Positions 11,591 through 24,380 of a stretch of DNA of 64,000 bases are shown piece after piece. A model generated the notes under the pieces. It made no database searches. It saw only the letters and a program-made list of their open reading frames with translations, and had not been told where the DNA came from. The DNA lies in contig CM075998.1 of NCBI GenBank assembly GCA_038087875.1, forward strand, positions 7,008,001 to 7,072,000, in the 5' to 3' direction. This stretch comes from Malacoraja senta. Lineage: Eukaryota. The number at the start of each line of letters is the position of its first letter. Position 1 is the stretch's first letter. The translations under genes were made by a program, and so were the position numbers.

Positions 11591-13859
11591 GAAACACTTG
11601 AAGCAGGAGGCCAATTCGTCCCCTACACGAGGAGGATTCTTTTACGCAAAGATTCAGAGAAGAATCGTATGAGGACCAGAGCCCAATAACAGAGCCTAAA
11701 GGACCAGGTTTGGCACAATATATAAAATGTGTGGTTCCAAAACTATCAGGGAGATAAATTAAACTTGGGAGATAAATTAGCAATGTCAATAAATTACTTG
11801 CTCTCCCAGCAGCTCCAGGTTCTGACCTTGCATGAGCTGTCAAAAAATATGAAACCCGCAGTATTGAGCACTGCAAGCAGTATCAGCAGTGGGGAAAAAA
11901 ATGACAGAGGGTGTTGAAATTGCTGGTCAGGCATTACGGCTTTGGCCAGAGGTTTGGATGGAGAGCACATATCTGTATCACAACAAGGTTGACTTAGCAC
12001 TCATGTGTAGTGCACACTTTGAAATAAACTGTATTTATAAAAGTGCTATAAGACCTAACATATACCCTAAGTTTGCGGGGCTCTGTAAACCATCTAATAT
12101 TTAATTGCCTAAAATCTGTTTTTGGAAATAATCTAGCCAAAAAAGGGTAAAAGACCTCGATGAAGCCGTCGGTGATTGGCAGATCATATCGAAGGCAGTT
12201 TTCCCTACCAATGTGTGGTGACTGGGGACAGTGAAGGATCAAATCGGTCTTTCCCATATTTGCGTTATTGGCGCACTCCTCCTGAGGTATGTGGAGGTTA
12301 CAATATTCCCACTAAGATCAGGGGATAACAATTGCCATAGGCAAACCCTGAGGTAGGGGGTCTGGTTCTGTAAGAGACATATTAATGTTTTACACTTACA
12401 AGTTGGGGAAGATTACAATTCTTCCTAAAAGAATGGCAATCTGATGTATTTATACTGTACAGTATTGTGGGGTTTAGAATTGAATTCTACCCATATTTGG
12501 ATTCTCCTACTCAGCATATTTCAAACCGGACACATATTTCTCAAAATAAGAGAATATACAGAGTTCAGGCAGAACATGAAATATTGTGTAAAAGGGATAA
12601 TTAAGAAGTCAGTTCACCATCACCACCAATTTATGCCAAGTGTTTTATTAGAGCAAATAAGGATGGTGGGTGTAGAATTATTCTAGATCTGACAAGTCTT
12701 AACCCGTTTTTGTACAGTATAAAAAACAGTTTTGGAGACATTTGCCAATACTATACAGCCAATTTCAAGAAAATGCTATATGGCTAGCATAGATCTTAAG
12801 ATGCATATTACTGTATGGCTGTATATGGTAATAATCATAGATATTTAAAATATCTGGATGAGTCAATTATGGCAATTTAAAGCATTGTATTAAGGTTTAG
12901 CCTCAGCTCTGAGACTATTTGCCAGGTTGGAACCAATCTTAGCACTACTAAGAACTCAGGGCCATTTGGTAATGGCCTATTTTGATATATTCTGATTGTA
13001 GGAAACACTCGGGCTACAACAGAACCATGAGTGTCAAGAATCAAGCTCACTTTGGAGAGGCTGGGATTCATTATCCATCCAGATAAATCCAAACTATTAC
13101 CAAGCACAGTAATTGATTACTTGGGTTTCATTATTAAATGAGAACACATGGTAGTGATTCCGCCCAAGTATAAAGCCTGCATTTAATTGGAAGTTGTATT
13201 AAGGTCATTACAGAGCACCAACCCTCAATTAGGCAGGTAGCAAGCCTGCTTTGCAAACTATTTGCTTATTTTCGGCTGTACAATTTAGATCGCTGCATTT
13301 ATAGCAAGCATAGGTACAGGCATTGAGAATACATTCAGGGCATTTTGCCAGGCCCATGTAATTGCCAGTTGCAGTTATTACTGGAATACTATGGTGGATC
13401 ATGAGTGTCTCAAATGCTTCCAGAGAGATCCTGGTTGAAACACCTTCCATTATTCTACAGACTAATTTTAGTGCTCTAGGTTGGGGTGATACTTATAAGT
13501 ATTTCCAGCTGTGGCGGTAGATGGAATGTGGAGAAAGTACCTTTGATCCAATAACAAGGGATCATTTAATGAGAGTTTTAGGAACATTTTATGGGCCTAA
13601 AGCTTATTGCTCTAATATGCAAAGTTTGCATGTTTAGGTACAGATTGACAACACTACGGAATAGAAACGTATGTTAATCATTTGAGTGGTATTTAAGTTA
13701 GAATCTTGTGATAGACTGGCTAACGTGATCTGGACCTGGTGTTTTTACCAGAAATATTTGGTTTTGGCAATCTACCTACCAGGTAGATTCAAAATAGTTG
13801 CAGACTCAAGGTCACGTAAATTCAATGACAATACAGAATGGATGTTGGATCGTGACATT

Positions 13860-14135
13860 TAATAATATTGTTGCACGGTTGGGGATGCCAAAAATTGACT
13901 TGTTTGCATCCAGACTTAACCACCAATTACCTAAATATGTGTCATGGGAACCTGATCCTGGGGCAGTAGCGGTGGATGTTTCTCGCTGCATTGGGGTAGA
14001 ATGTTTTTTGTATACATTTTCTCCATTTTGCCTCATTTAGTCAGTGTATACAGAAGATCAAACAGGACTCCGCTTCGGGAGTATTGGTGGTACCAGATTG
14101 GACCTACACAACCATGGTACCCTCTGGTGTTAAAA
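13860..14135 (+). pseudogene. DIRS Dam-like DNA N6-adenine methyltransferase domain (frameshifted)
   Basis: PKIDLFASRLNHQLPKYVSWEPDPGAVAVD...YTFSPFCLI...TQPWYP, matching the DLFAS / FPPF / PWYP motifs of DIRS MTase domains. Confidence 0.85.
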
Positions 14136-14254
14136 ATGATCACAAAGCCTCTTATGATTTCCCAAACAGAATTAACCTGTTTGTGCACCCTATAACTGAT
14201 GATTCACATCCTTTACATAATCGTATTGGTTTGTTGATTTGCAGATTCTAAGGA

Positions 14255-15135
14255 GTGCCATATCTTGGAAGAGGACTATCGGATTGTACTGTGGATGTTA
14301 TTGCGGCAACCTGGAGGGATAGTACCCAGAAGCAGTACATTTCTTACATAAGGAAATGGAATATGTTTTGCTTAAGGCAGAATATTACATATCACACTGC
14401 AGACATCTCAGACGTGTTAGAGTTTCTGTCAACTCTTTATTTTGATTGGCAGTTAAGCTATAGTGCTATCAATACTGCAAGGAGTGCCCTCTCTGCATAT
14501 CTATGGAGGGAATCAGAACAAAATCTTGTAGGGTCACACCCTTTGGTCTGTAGATTTATGAAGGGAATTTTCAATTCTAAGCCTCCTAGACACAGGTATA
14601 CAGAAATCTGGAATGTAAGAGATGTGTTAATGCTCTTTCGTCAATGGACTCCTATTGCAGCGCTGTCCTTGGCCTAAATTACCATGAAGGTAATCATACT
14701 CAGGGCACTGGTTTCAGCACAGAGAGTGCAAACATTGCAGAAACTACGAATAGACATGATGGAAATAGCAACAGATACTATTACGTTCTATGTCTATGAT
14801 TTGCTTAAACAGAGTAGACCTGGAATCACAGGATGTAAGTTGGGGTTTTCAGCATATCCTACGGATCCACGTCTATGTGTAGTATCTCATTTACGATGTT
14901 ACATTGAAGCCACCAGAACCTTAAGAGGTGCAGTATCAGCATTCTTTATCAGCCATAAATAACTGCATAAGAAAGTGTCGGTTCAGACTATTTCAAGATG
15001 GCTGAAGCAGGTGTTGCTTGATGCAGGTATTGATACTGACAAATTTAAATCTCATTCCATCAGGGCACCATCAACATCGGCGGCCAAGGATTTGGATGTT
15101 CCAATAGAACATATCCTCGCGGCCGCAGGACAAAG
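14255..15135 (+). pseudogene. DIRS tyrosine recombinase (with stops and frameshifts)
   Basis: WRDSTQKQY, SYSAINTARSALS, HPLVCRFMKGIFN, AQRVQTL, LKQSRPG, LCVVSHLRCY, TISRWLK and HSIRA motifs in the expected order. Confidence 0.9.
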
Positions 15136-15975
15136 TTAAAGGATGTTTCACAAGTATTACCATGAGATTATAGTACCTGTGGTTATTTGGTGGTGCTGTT
15201 TTGGATTCAGTATTAAGTTTCCCCTTGTGATAAAGGGGTTACTATTGTGGTGATAAATTAATCATTAACTGGTTGCATCCATGTTGTGGTTATGCATTGT
15301 TGATTATTTTACTTATTTAGAGTCAATCAATGCAGTGAGCGCCTGGATTTGAATCTACGGCGTGAAATCACAGAGCTTTGAAATCTTCACGTAGTCACTC
15401 AGGTGACTCCGAAGTAAAATAGTAAGATTAAACGAGAACTTACCAGTTTGAAGTTTGATCTTTATTTTATGAGGAGTTATGATGAGGGACTACGTGCCCT
15501 CCGCTCCCAACCCTCATAAAGATCGAGCTGGTAGTTCTAGTCTTTACGTATCTTACTATCATACTTCAGTAATTGTTGTCTGTGATTTCACACCGCTTTG
15601 AAGATTGACGCGTGTGCGGCTGGACGGGCTCTTCACGTAGTCCCTCATCGTAACTCCTCATAAAATAAAGATCAAACTTCAAACTGGTAAGTTCTCGTTT
15701 AATCTTACTATTTCCTTCCATTGCAACAGTAGGTATGCTGCAGAAGCACTTCAAGTTGCAACGTTCTTTGTGGTAAACCAGCATCTGCAGTTCCTTCTTT
15801 CTACTTTGTGGACATCCTGAGAACAAAAGAAGCAGGCAAAATGCAAGCTGTTTAATTTACTTAAGGCTCTATAATGCATTTTGCAACTGATATGTTCTGC
15901 AGACTTGGTTGGTAGCTGGTAGAGTGAATGAATATTTTGGGTCATGGGCAGGGTGCCAATGAATCAAATTAGAGT

Positions 15976-17480
15976 CATATAACCATTACAGCATGGAAAC
16001 AGGCCATCTCGGCCCTTCAAGTCCGTGCCGAACATTTTTTTTTTTTTTTAATAAATAAATACTTCCCCCTAGTCCCATCTACCTGCACTCAGACCATAAC
16101 CCTCCATTCCTTTCCCGTCCATATACCCATCCAATCTATTTTTAAAGGATAAAATCGAACCAGCCTCCACCACTTCCACTGGAAGCTCATTCCACACAGC
16201 TACCACTCTCTGAGTAAAGAGGTTCCCCCTAATGTTACCCCTAAACTTCTGTCCCTTAATTCTCAAGTCGTGTCCCCTTGTTTGAATCTTCCCTACTCTC
16301 AATGGAAAAAGCTTATCCACGTCAACTCTGTCTAACCCGCTCATAATTTTAAAGACCTCTATCAAGTCCCCTCTTAACCTTCTGCGCTCCAAAGAATAAA
16401 GACCTAACTTGTTCAACCTTTCTCTGTAACTTAGTAGATCTCCTCTGTACTCTCTCTATTTTGTTGACATCCTTCCTATAATTAGGCGACCAAAATTGTA
16501 CTCCATACTCCAGAATTGGCCTCACCAATGCCTTGTACAATTTTAACATTACATCCCAACTTCTATATTCAATGCTCTGATTTATAAAGGCCAGCACACC
16601 AAAAGCTTTCTTAACCACCCTATCTACATGAGATTCCACCTTCAGGGAACTATGCACAGTTATTCCTAGATCCCTCTGTTCAACTGCATTCCTCAATTCG
16701 CTACCATTTACCGTGTACGTCCTATTTTGATTTGTCCTGCCGAGATGTAGTACCTCACATTTATCAGCATTAAACTCCATCTGCCATCTTTCAGCCCACT
16801 CTTCCAAATGGCCTAAATCTCTCTGTAGACTTTGAAAATCTACTTCATTATCCACCACACCACCTATCTTAGTATCATCTGCATACTTACTAATCCAATT
16901 TTCCACACCATCATCCAGATCATTGATGTACATGACAAACAACAGTGGACCCAACACAGACACCTGAGGCACCCCACTAGTCACCGGCCTCGAACCTGAC
17001 AAACAGCCATCCACCATTACTCTCTGGAATCTCCCATTCAGCCACTGTTGAATCCATCTTGCTACTCCACCATTAATACCCAACAATTGAATCTTCTTAA
17101 CCAACCTTCCATGAGGAACCTTGTCAAAGGCCTTACTGAAGTCCATATAGACAACATCCACTGCTTTAACCTCATCAATTTCCCTAGTAACCTCTTCGAA
17201 AAATTCTAGAAGATTAGTCAAACATGACCTTCCAGGCACAAATCCATGTTGACTGTTCCTAATCAGACCCTGCTTATCCAGATGCTTATATATATTATCT
17301 TTAAGTATCCTTTCCATTAATTTGCCCACCACTGACATCAAACTAACAGGTCTATAATTGCTAGGTTTACTCTTAGAACCCTTTTTAAACAACGGAACAA
17401 CATGCGCAGTACGCCAATCCTCCGGCACTATTCCCGTTTCTAATGACATTTGAAATATTTCTGTCATAGTCCCTGTATTT
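15976..17480 (-). mobile_element. CR1 LINE 3' 1.5 kb (RT plus tail); left arm of a head-to-head pair
   Basis: ORFs 16349-17467 and 16069-16416 (YADDTK, RVVAVWNELP); reverse complement of about 18340-19880. Confidence 0.95.
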
Positions 17481-19880
17481 GCAGCAATACATAGAGGTGC
17501 CTACTAGAGAAGGGGCAGTGCTGGACCTCCTGTTAGGAAATGAGACGGGGCAGGTGGCGGAGGTAAGCGTTGGGGAGCACTTCGGGTCCAGTGATCACAA
17601 TACCATTAGTTTCAATATAATTATGGAGAGGGTCAGAACTGGACCTAGGGTTGAGATTTTTGATTGGAGAAAGGCTAACTTTGAGGAGATGCGAAAGGAT
17701 TTAAAAGGAGTGAATTGGGACATGTTGTTTTATGGGAAGGATGTAGAAGAGAAATGGAGGACATTTAAAGGTGACATTTTAACAGCACAGAATCTTTATG
17801 TCCCTGTTCGGTTGAAAGGAAATAGTAAAAATTGGAAAGAGCCATGGTTTTCAAGGGAAATTGGACACTTGGTTCGGAAAAAGAGAGAGATCTACAATAA
17901 TTATAGGCGGCATGGAGTAAATGAGGTGCTTGAGGAGTATAAAGAATGTAAAAAGAATATTAAGAAAGAAATTCGAAAAGCTAAAAGAAGATATGAGGTT
18001 GCTTTGGCAAGTAAGGTGAAAGTAAATCCAAAGGGTTTCTACAGCTATATTAATAGCAAAAGGATAACAAGGAATAAAATTGGTCCATTAGAGAGTCAGA
18101 GTGGACAGCTATCTGCAGAGCCAAAAGAGATGGGGGAGATATTGAACAATTTCTTTTCTTCGGTATTCACGAAGGAGAAGGATATGGAATTATGTGAGGT
18201 AAGGGAAACAAGCAGAGTAGCAATGGAAACTGAGATTCAAAGAAGTGGAGGTGCGGACACTTTTGAAAAATATGAAAACGGATAGGTCTCCAGGTCCTGA
18301 CAGGATATTCCCTAGGACATTGAGGGAAGTTAGTGTAGAAATAGCAGGGGCTATGACAGAAATATTCCAAATGTCATCAGAAACGGGAATAGTGCCGGAG
18401 GATTGGCGTACTGCGCATGTTGTTCCATTGTTTAAAAAGGGTTCGAAGAGTAAACCTAGCAATTATAGACCTGTTAGTTTGACGTCAGTGGTGGGCAAAT
18501 TAATGGAAAGGATACTTAAAGATAATATATATAAGCATCTGGATAAGCAGGGTCTGATTAGGAACAGTCAACATGGATTTGTGCCTGGAAGGTCATGCTT
18601 GAATGGAATTTTCTTGAATTTTTCGAGGAGGTTACTAGGGAAATTGATGAGGGTAAAGCAGTGGGTGTTGTCTATATGGACTTCAGTAAGGCCTTTGACA
18701 AGGTTCCTCATGGAAGGTTGGTTAAGAAGATTCAATTGTTGGGTATTAATGGTGGAGTAGCAAGATGGATTCAACAGTGGCTGAATGGGAGATGCCAGAG
18801 AGTAATGGTGGATGGCTGTTTGTCAGGTTCGAGGCCGGTGACTAGTGGGGTGCCTCAGGGGTCTGTGTTGGGTCCACTGTTGTTTGTCATGTACATCAAT
18901 GATCTGGATGATGGTGTGGAAAATTGGATTAGTAAGTATGCAGATGATACTAAGATAGGTGGTGTTGTGGATAATGAAGTAGATTTTCAAAGTCTACAGA
19001 GAGATTTAGGCCATTTGGAAGAGTGGGCTGAAAGATGGCAGATGGAGTTTAACGCTGACAAATGTGAGGTGCTACATCTCGGCAGGACAAATCAAAATAG
19101 GACGTACACGGTAAATGGTAGCGAATTGAGGAATGCAGTTGAACAGAGGGATCTAGGAATAACTGTGCATAGTTCCCTGAAGGTGGAATCTCATGTAGAT
19201 AGGGTGGTTAAGAAAGCTTTTGGTGTGCTGGCCTTTATAAATCAGAGCATTGAATATAGAAGTTGGGATGTAATGTTAAAATTGTACAAGGCATTGGTGA
19301 GGCCAATTCTGGAGTATGGAGTACAATTTTGGTCGCCTAATTATAGGAAGGATGTCAACAAAATAGAGAGAGTACAGAGGAGATTTACTAGAATGTTGCC
19401 TGGGTTTCAGCAACTAAGTTACAGAGAAAGGTTGAACAAGTTAGGTCTTTATTCTTTGGAGCGCAGAAGGTTAAGAGGGGACTTGATAGAGGTCTTTAAA
19501 ATTATGAGCGGGTTAGACAGAGTGGACGTGGATAAGCTTTTCCCATTGAGAGTAGGGAAGATTCAAACAAGGGGACATGACTTGAGAATTAAGGGACAGA
19601 AGTTTAGGGGGAACATTAGGGGGAACTTCTTTACTCAGAGAGTGGTAGCTGTGTGGAATGAGCTTCCAGTGGAAGTGGTGGAGGCAGGTTCGATGTTATC
19701 CTTTAAAAATAGATTGGATGGGTATATGGACGGGAAAGGAATGGAGGGTTATGGTCCGAGTGCAGGTAAATGGGACTAGGGGGAAGTATTTATTTTTAAT
19801 TTAATAATAAAAAAAAAATGTTCGGCACAGACTTGAAGGGCCGAGATGGCCTGTTTCCATGCTGTTATGGTTATATGGTT
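17479..19880 (+). mobile_element. CR1 LINE 5'-truncated copy (end of endonuclease, RT, tail); right arm
   Basis: ORFs 17479-18285, 18245-18760 and 18595-19779; (ATGGTTAT)n tail. Confidence 0.95.
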
Positions 19881-19963
19881 ATATTTTGGGTCCGAGTGCT
19901 TCCCTTCTCTGCCTCCTGCCTCCCACATTTTCTACCATCTTTCTCTATTTGAGTCCCTCTATT

Positions 19964-20320
19964 TGAGTCACAGAGTGATCCAGCATGGAAACAGGCCCTT
20001 CAGCCCAACTTGCCCACACCGGCCAACATGTCCCAGATACACTAGCCCCACTTGCCTGCATTTGGTTCATATCCCTCCAAACCTGTCCTATCCATGCACC
20101 TGTCTAACTGTTTCTTAAATGTTGGGATAGTCCCAGCCTCAACTACCTCCTCTGGCAGCTTGTTCCATACACCCACCACCCTCTGTGTGAAACATGTTAC
20201 CCCTCGGATTCCTATTAAATCTTTTCCCCTTCACCTAAACCTATGTCCTCTGGTCTTTGATTCACCTACTCTGTGCAAGAGACTCGTGCATCTACCTGAT
20301 CTATTCCTCTCATGATTTTG
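19964..20320 (-). mobile_element. CR1 3' fragment
   Basis: Same sequence family as 21622-22520 and 24055-24380 (RVVGVWNKLPEE on the - strand). Confidence 0.85.
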
Positions 20321-20822
20321 TTATTGCGTTGCCAGAGATGTTGTTGAACTGCTTGAGTGTTGAAGCTCCCGAGATTTGTGGTTGATAGAGAAGTTGGGAA
20401 ATTAGATACTTTCCACAGAATACCCAGACTGTCCCTTGCTCTTGTAGTCATAGCTTTTATGTGGCAATGTGGTTACATTTCTGGTCATTAGTGACACCCA
20501 GGATATTGATGGTGGACTCTTTAGTGATAATAATAACACTCGGAAATGAATGTTACTTGGCACTTATTAGTGGGCACTGCTTCATTATCTGAGAAATTCC
20601 AAATAAAGATGTATGCTGCAATCCTTGTTTACCAATGGAGCAGAGTGTATTCTATACAAGTCAGCAATTTTCTTAACATTGAGGGTAAATTTTCCTGAAC
20701 AAGGGGTTGGATGATGGATTGCTTCGATCAAATGTTTTTTTTTCATGCTTTCATTATGTTTCCAGTCATTTCTGTCCCAAATCCTACATTGTTTTTAAAG
20801 GGTGTTTATTTTGGAATTTCAG

Positions 20823-20974
20823 CTGAAGAGCCATCTGAGGACTTTGTGAAATTGCGCGATTTTGTTCTTGCCAAACTTTGCCAGGAGCTCCATGCCTTTG
20901 CACCTGAAAAACTCGGGAAAGGATTCAGTGCAGAAATGGTGGAAGAGGCCAGAAGAACCTGGAAAATAAATAAG
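20823..20974 (+). CDS. HAT1: HAT1-like internal exon (152 nt)
   Basis: atttcag| (A)EEPSEDFVKLRDFVLAKLCQELHAFAPEKLGKGFSAEMVEEARRTWKINK |gtattt. Confidence 0.96.
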
Positions 20975-21621
20975 GTATTTGTGGTTTACTGTTTGTTATG
21001 ACTCACTACTTCAGACTGCTGAAGCATACACATTCATTATCTCGAAGATAGACACATAAAGCTGGAGTAACTCAGCGGGTAGAACAGCATCTGTTAAAGA
21101 AAACTTTTAAACACAAATATTGGAAAAGACAATCAAGACTTTATTCAAGAGCGCCAAATACAGTGATCACAATCTAGCAGATTGCTCAATGAACAAAGAT
21201 TCATCTGCTCCATATTTACAGACTTTCTTTTTGATGTTCTGTTTTCCATAGCAAGCACCTTATAGGTTTTCCTTCTTCCAAATGATCTTATAATAAATAT
21301 ACATCGAGCACCTCCGAAAGACACAGCAGAGTAAACACAGCCCAATTCCACGCCATTACAGATAAGCAAATTTTATTGTTTTATGATTGACATTTGTCCT
21401 TTGACAACAGAGAACAGAATCTGACTAAAGTAAACTGCAGTGTGTGTCAGCTACGCGTGCTCAGTTTCAACCTTCTTTGAAGCACAGAATTATTATAATG
21501 CATGAAGAGGACTTTAAACATTCTACCTATCCCTATCCCATTCTGTCTTCTTGAAGCTTTGCAATTTATGTTTGTCACATCTCTGGAGAAAAAGAATAGG
21601 TGGGTTTTGGGTCGAGACCCT

Positions 21622-22520
21622 TAGAGTCATAGAGTGATACAGTGTGGAAACAGGCCCTTCGGCCCAACTCGCCCACACCGGCCAACAATGTCCCAGCTAC
21701 ACTAGTCCCACTTGCCTATGCTTGGTCCATATCCCTCCAAACCTGTCCTATCCATTTACCTGTCTAACTGTTTCTTAAACGATGGGATAATCCCAGCCTC
21801 AACTACCTCCTCTGGCAGCTTGTTTCATACACCCACCACCCTTTGTGTGAAAAAGTTACCCCTCGGATTCCTATTAAATCTTTTCCCCTTCACTTGAACC
21901 TATGTCCTCTGGTCCTCGATTTTTCTACTCTGGACAAAAGACTCTGCAACTACCCAATCTATTCCCCTCATGATTTTGTACACCTCTATAAGATCACCCC
22001 TCATCCTCTGACGCTCCATGGAATAGAGATCCAGCCTACTCAACCTCTCCCTATAGGTCAGACCCTCTAGTCCTGGCAACATCCTCGTAAATCTTTTCTG
22101 AACCCTTTCAAGCTTGACAATATCTTTCCTATAACATGGTGCCCAGAACTGAACACAATATTCTAAATGCGGTCTTACCAACGTCTTATACAACTGCAAC
22201 ATGACCTCCCAACTTCTATACTCAATACTCTGACTGATGAAGGCCGAAGTGCCAAAAGCCTTTTTGACCACCTTATCTACCTGCGACTCGACCTTCAAAG
22301 AACCATGCACCTGTACTCCTAGATCCCTCTGCTCCACAACACTACCCAGAGGCCTACCATTCACTGTGTAGGTCCTGCCCTTGTTTGACATCCCAAAATG
22401 CAACACCTCACACTTCTCTGTATTAAATTCCATCAACCATTCCTCCGCCCACCTGGCCAATCGATCCAGATCCTGCTGCAATCGTTCACAACTATCTTCA
22501 CTATCTGCAAAATCACTAAC
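21622..22520 (-). mobile_element. CR1 LINE 3' fragment
   Basis: ORF 21900-22661 LQQDLDRLARWAEEWLMEFNTEKC...[11 protein letters not shown]. Confidence 0.92.
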
Positions 22521-24054
22521 TAAGAGTCGGGGGAAAGGGAAACGAGACATGAATGAATGAATGAAAGATATGCCAAAAAGTAACGATAATAAATGAAACA
22601 ATCTATTGTTGGCTGTTTGCTTGGTGAGAAGGAGTACAGACAATGAGTTCTCACCTAGCAAACAGCCAACTTTTTTGCATATCTTTCCCCTGACTCGACC
22701 AAAAACGTCACCTATTCCTTCTCTCCAGAGATGCTGTCTGACCCGCTGAGTTACTCCCGCTTTTTGTGTCTATCTTCGGTTTAAACCAGCATCTGCAGTT
22801 CCTTCCTACACATTCATCATCTCTATGGCCTCTAGAGCACACTAAATATTCCTCTTTTGGGGCCTGGGTTTCAACCTGCTGCTTTTTGCTGGCAGTAGGT
22901 TCCTATATTAAGTATGCCAGTCTTGACACAGCAGATTAATTTTTGTACTGCTGGTGCAGCCACAATGCAGCTTGGGTGTTGTAATGTAAATCAATAGTAT
23001 CAACAATTCTATATTGGCAGCAAGGCAACAGTACATATGAAGCGGAAAGTTCACACTAGAGCAATAGGGAAGGTGTGACAGAACAAAGTAGATGGAGCTT
23101 TACTTCCTGCTTGACGACATGGTGCAGAGGGATTCTAGATTAATTCTTGAGGTAATTATAATGGTTCCTCTCTGTATGTCCTGGTGCAACTATAGCAGGA
23201 ATGTCCAAAATGAAACAAGGCACATTTAGTAAATTTAAGTTGATGGCTGAAAATACATGGGTTTGCAATCCAGTTCACCTAATCTCTTTGTTTTTAACCC
23301 ACTGAGTTACTCCAGCATTTTGTGTCTATCTTCAATTTAAACCAGCATCTGCAGTTCCTTCCTACACATCTTTGTTTTTAGGATTGCTTTCTCTAGTTTA
23401 TAAGTGACACGACCTGAAACTTCATAGATCCATGTCGTCCAGAGATGATGCCTGACCCACCTACTCCAGCACTTTGCTTTTTGTTGTAAACCAGCATCTG
23501 TAGTTCCTTGTGTTTCTCTAGTTTATATTGTCTCTCGATCTTCAACTGAAATGTTGAATTGAGCATTAAATTTCATCTTTAAAGTCCTTCCCATTCCATC
23601 AATGTGCTAATATCACCTTGACGTTAATTAGGAAATATCATTCCCCTTTTTCCAAGAATATGAAAAATAATTGCTTTATTTTCCCTGTTTCTAAGGCTTC
23701 CCTGTTTCCCGTTGCCCTTTTTTTTATTGCATGGGTTTTAAAATCGAAAACAGCCTTCAATTTACCAAGCCTTAGACATCTTTTGGGAATCTATATATAC
23801 CATGTCTCTCATCAACCCTTTGTTACCGGCTTAAAAAGAACTCTAATTAGGTTTTTCATTGCAGCTTGCACTAGCCTGTTGTATCCATGATTATCTCCAT
23901 TATGTTCCCTGATCAGCCCCATCTATCTTCTTGGTGCCCATTTACTGTTTTCTCTTTTATGTTTATTGTTATTCATTTTTCTCACATTCTTTGCTTCGCA
24001 TTTTGTTTTTTGCTTCCCCTTTGACCTTTCTATAATTGATCTAGCTTTTCCTTG

Positions 24055-24380
24055 ATGCAGAGTCTCTTGCCCAGAGTAGGTGAATCGAGCACTAGAGGAC
24101 ATGGGTTTAAGGTGAAGGGGAAAAGATTTAATAGGAATCTGAGGGGTAACTTGTTCACACACAGGGTGGTGGGTGTATGGAACAAGCTGCCAGAGGAGGC
24201 AGTTGAGGCTGGGACTATCCCAACGTTTAAGGACAGTTCGACAGGTACATGGATAGGACAGGTTTGGAGGGATATGGACCAAATGCAGGCAGGTGGGACT
24301 AGTGTAGTTGGGACATTGTTGGCCGGTGTGGGCATGTTTGGCCGAAGGGTCTGTTTCCACACTGTATCACCATGACTATG
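24055..24380 (+). mobile_element. CR1 3' fragment
   Basis: ORF 24052-24375 STRGHGFKVKGKRF...RVVGVWNKLP. Confidence 0.88.

Larger units (their letters stand above)
10578..15713 (+). mobile_element. DIRS1-type tyrosine-recombinase retrotransposon, full-length but degenerate, in a HAT1 intron
   Basis: Inverted terminal repeats (about 10603-10641 versus 15606-15641) and an internal complementary region at 15384-15496. Decayed RT/RNase H at about 12400-13830, then a Dam-like methyltransferase and a tyrosine recombinase. ATTT lies at both junctions. Confidence 0.95.

Noticed and set aside
13860..15135. Dam-like methylase plus phage-integrase-like recombinase as bacterial or phage DNA
   Set aside because: Both are standard DIRS1 domains and sit between the DIRS ITRs and ICR.
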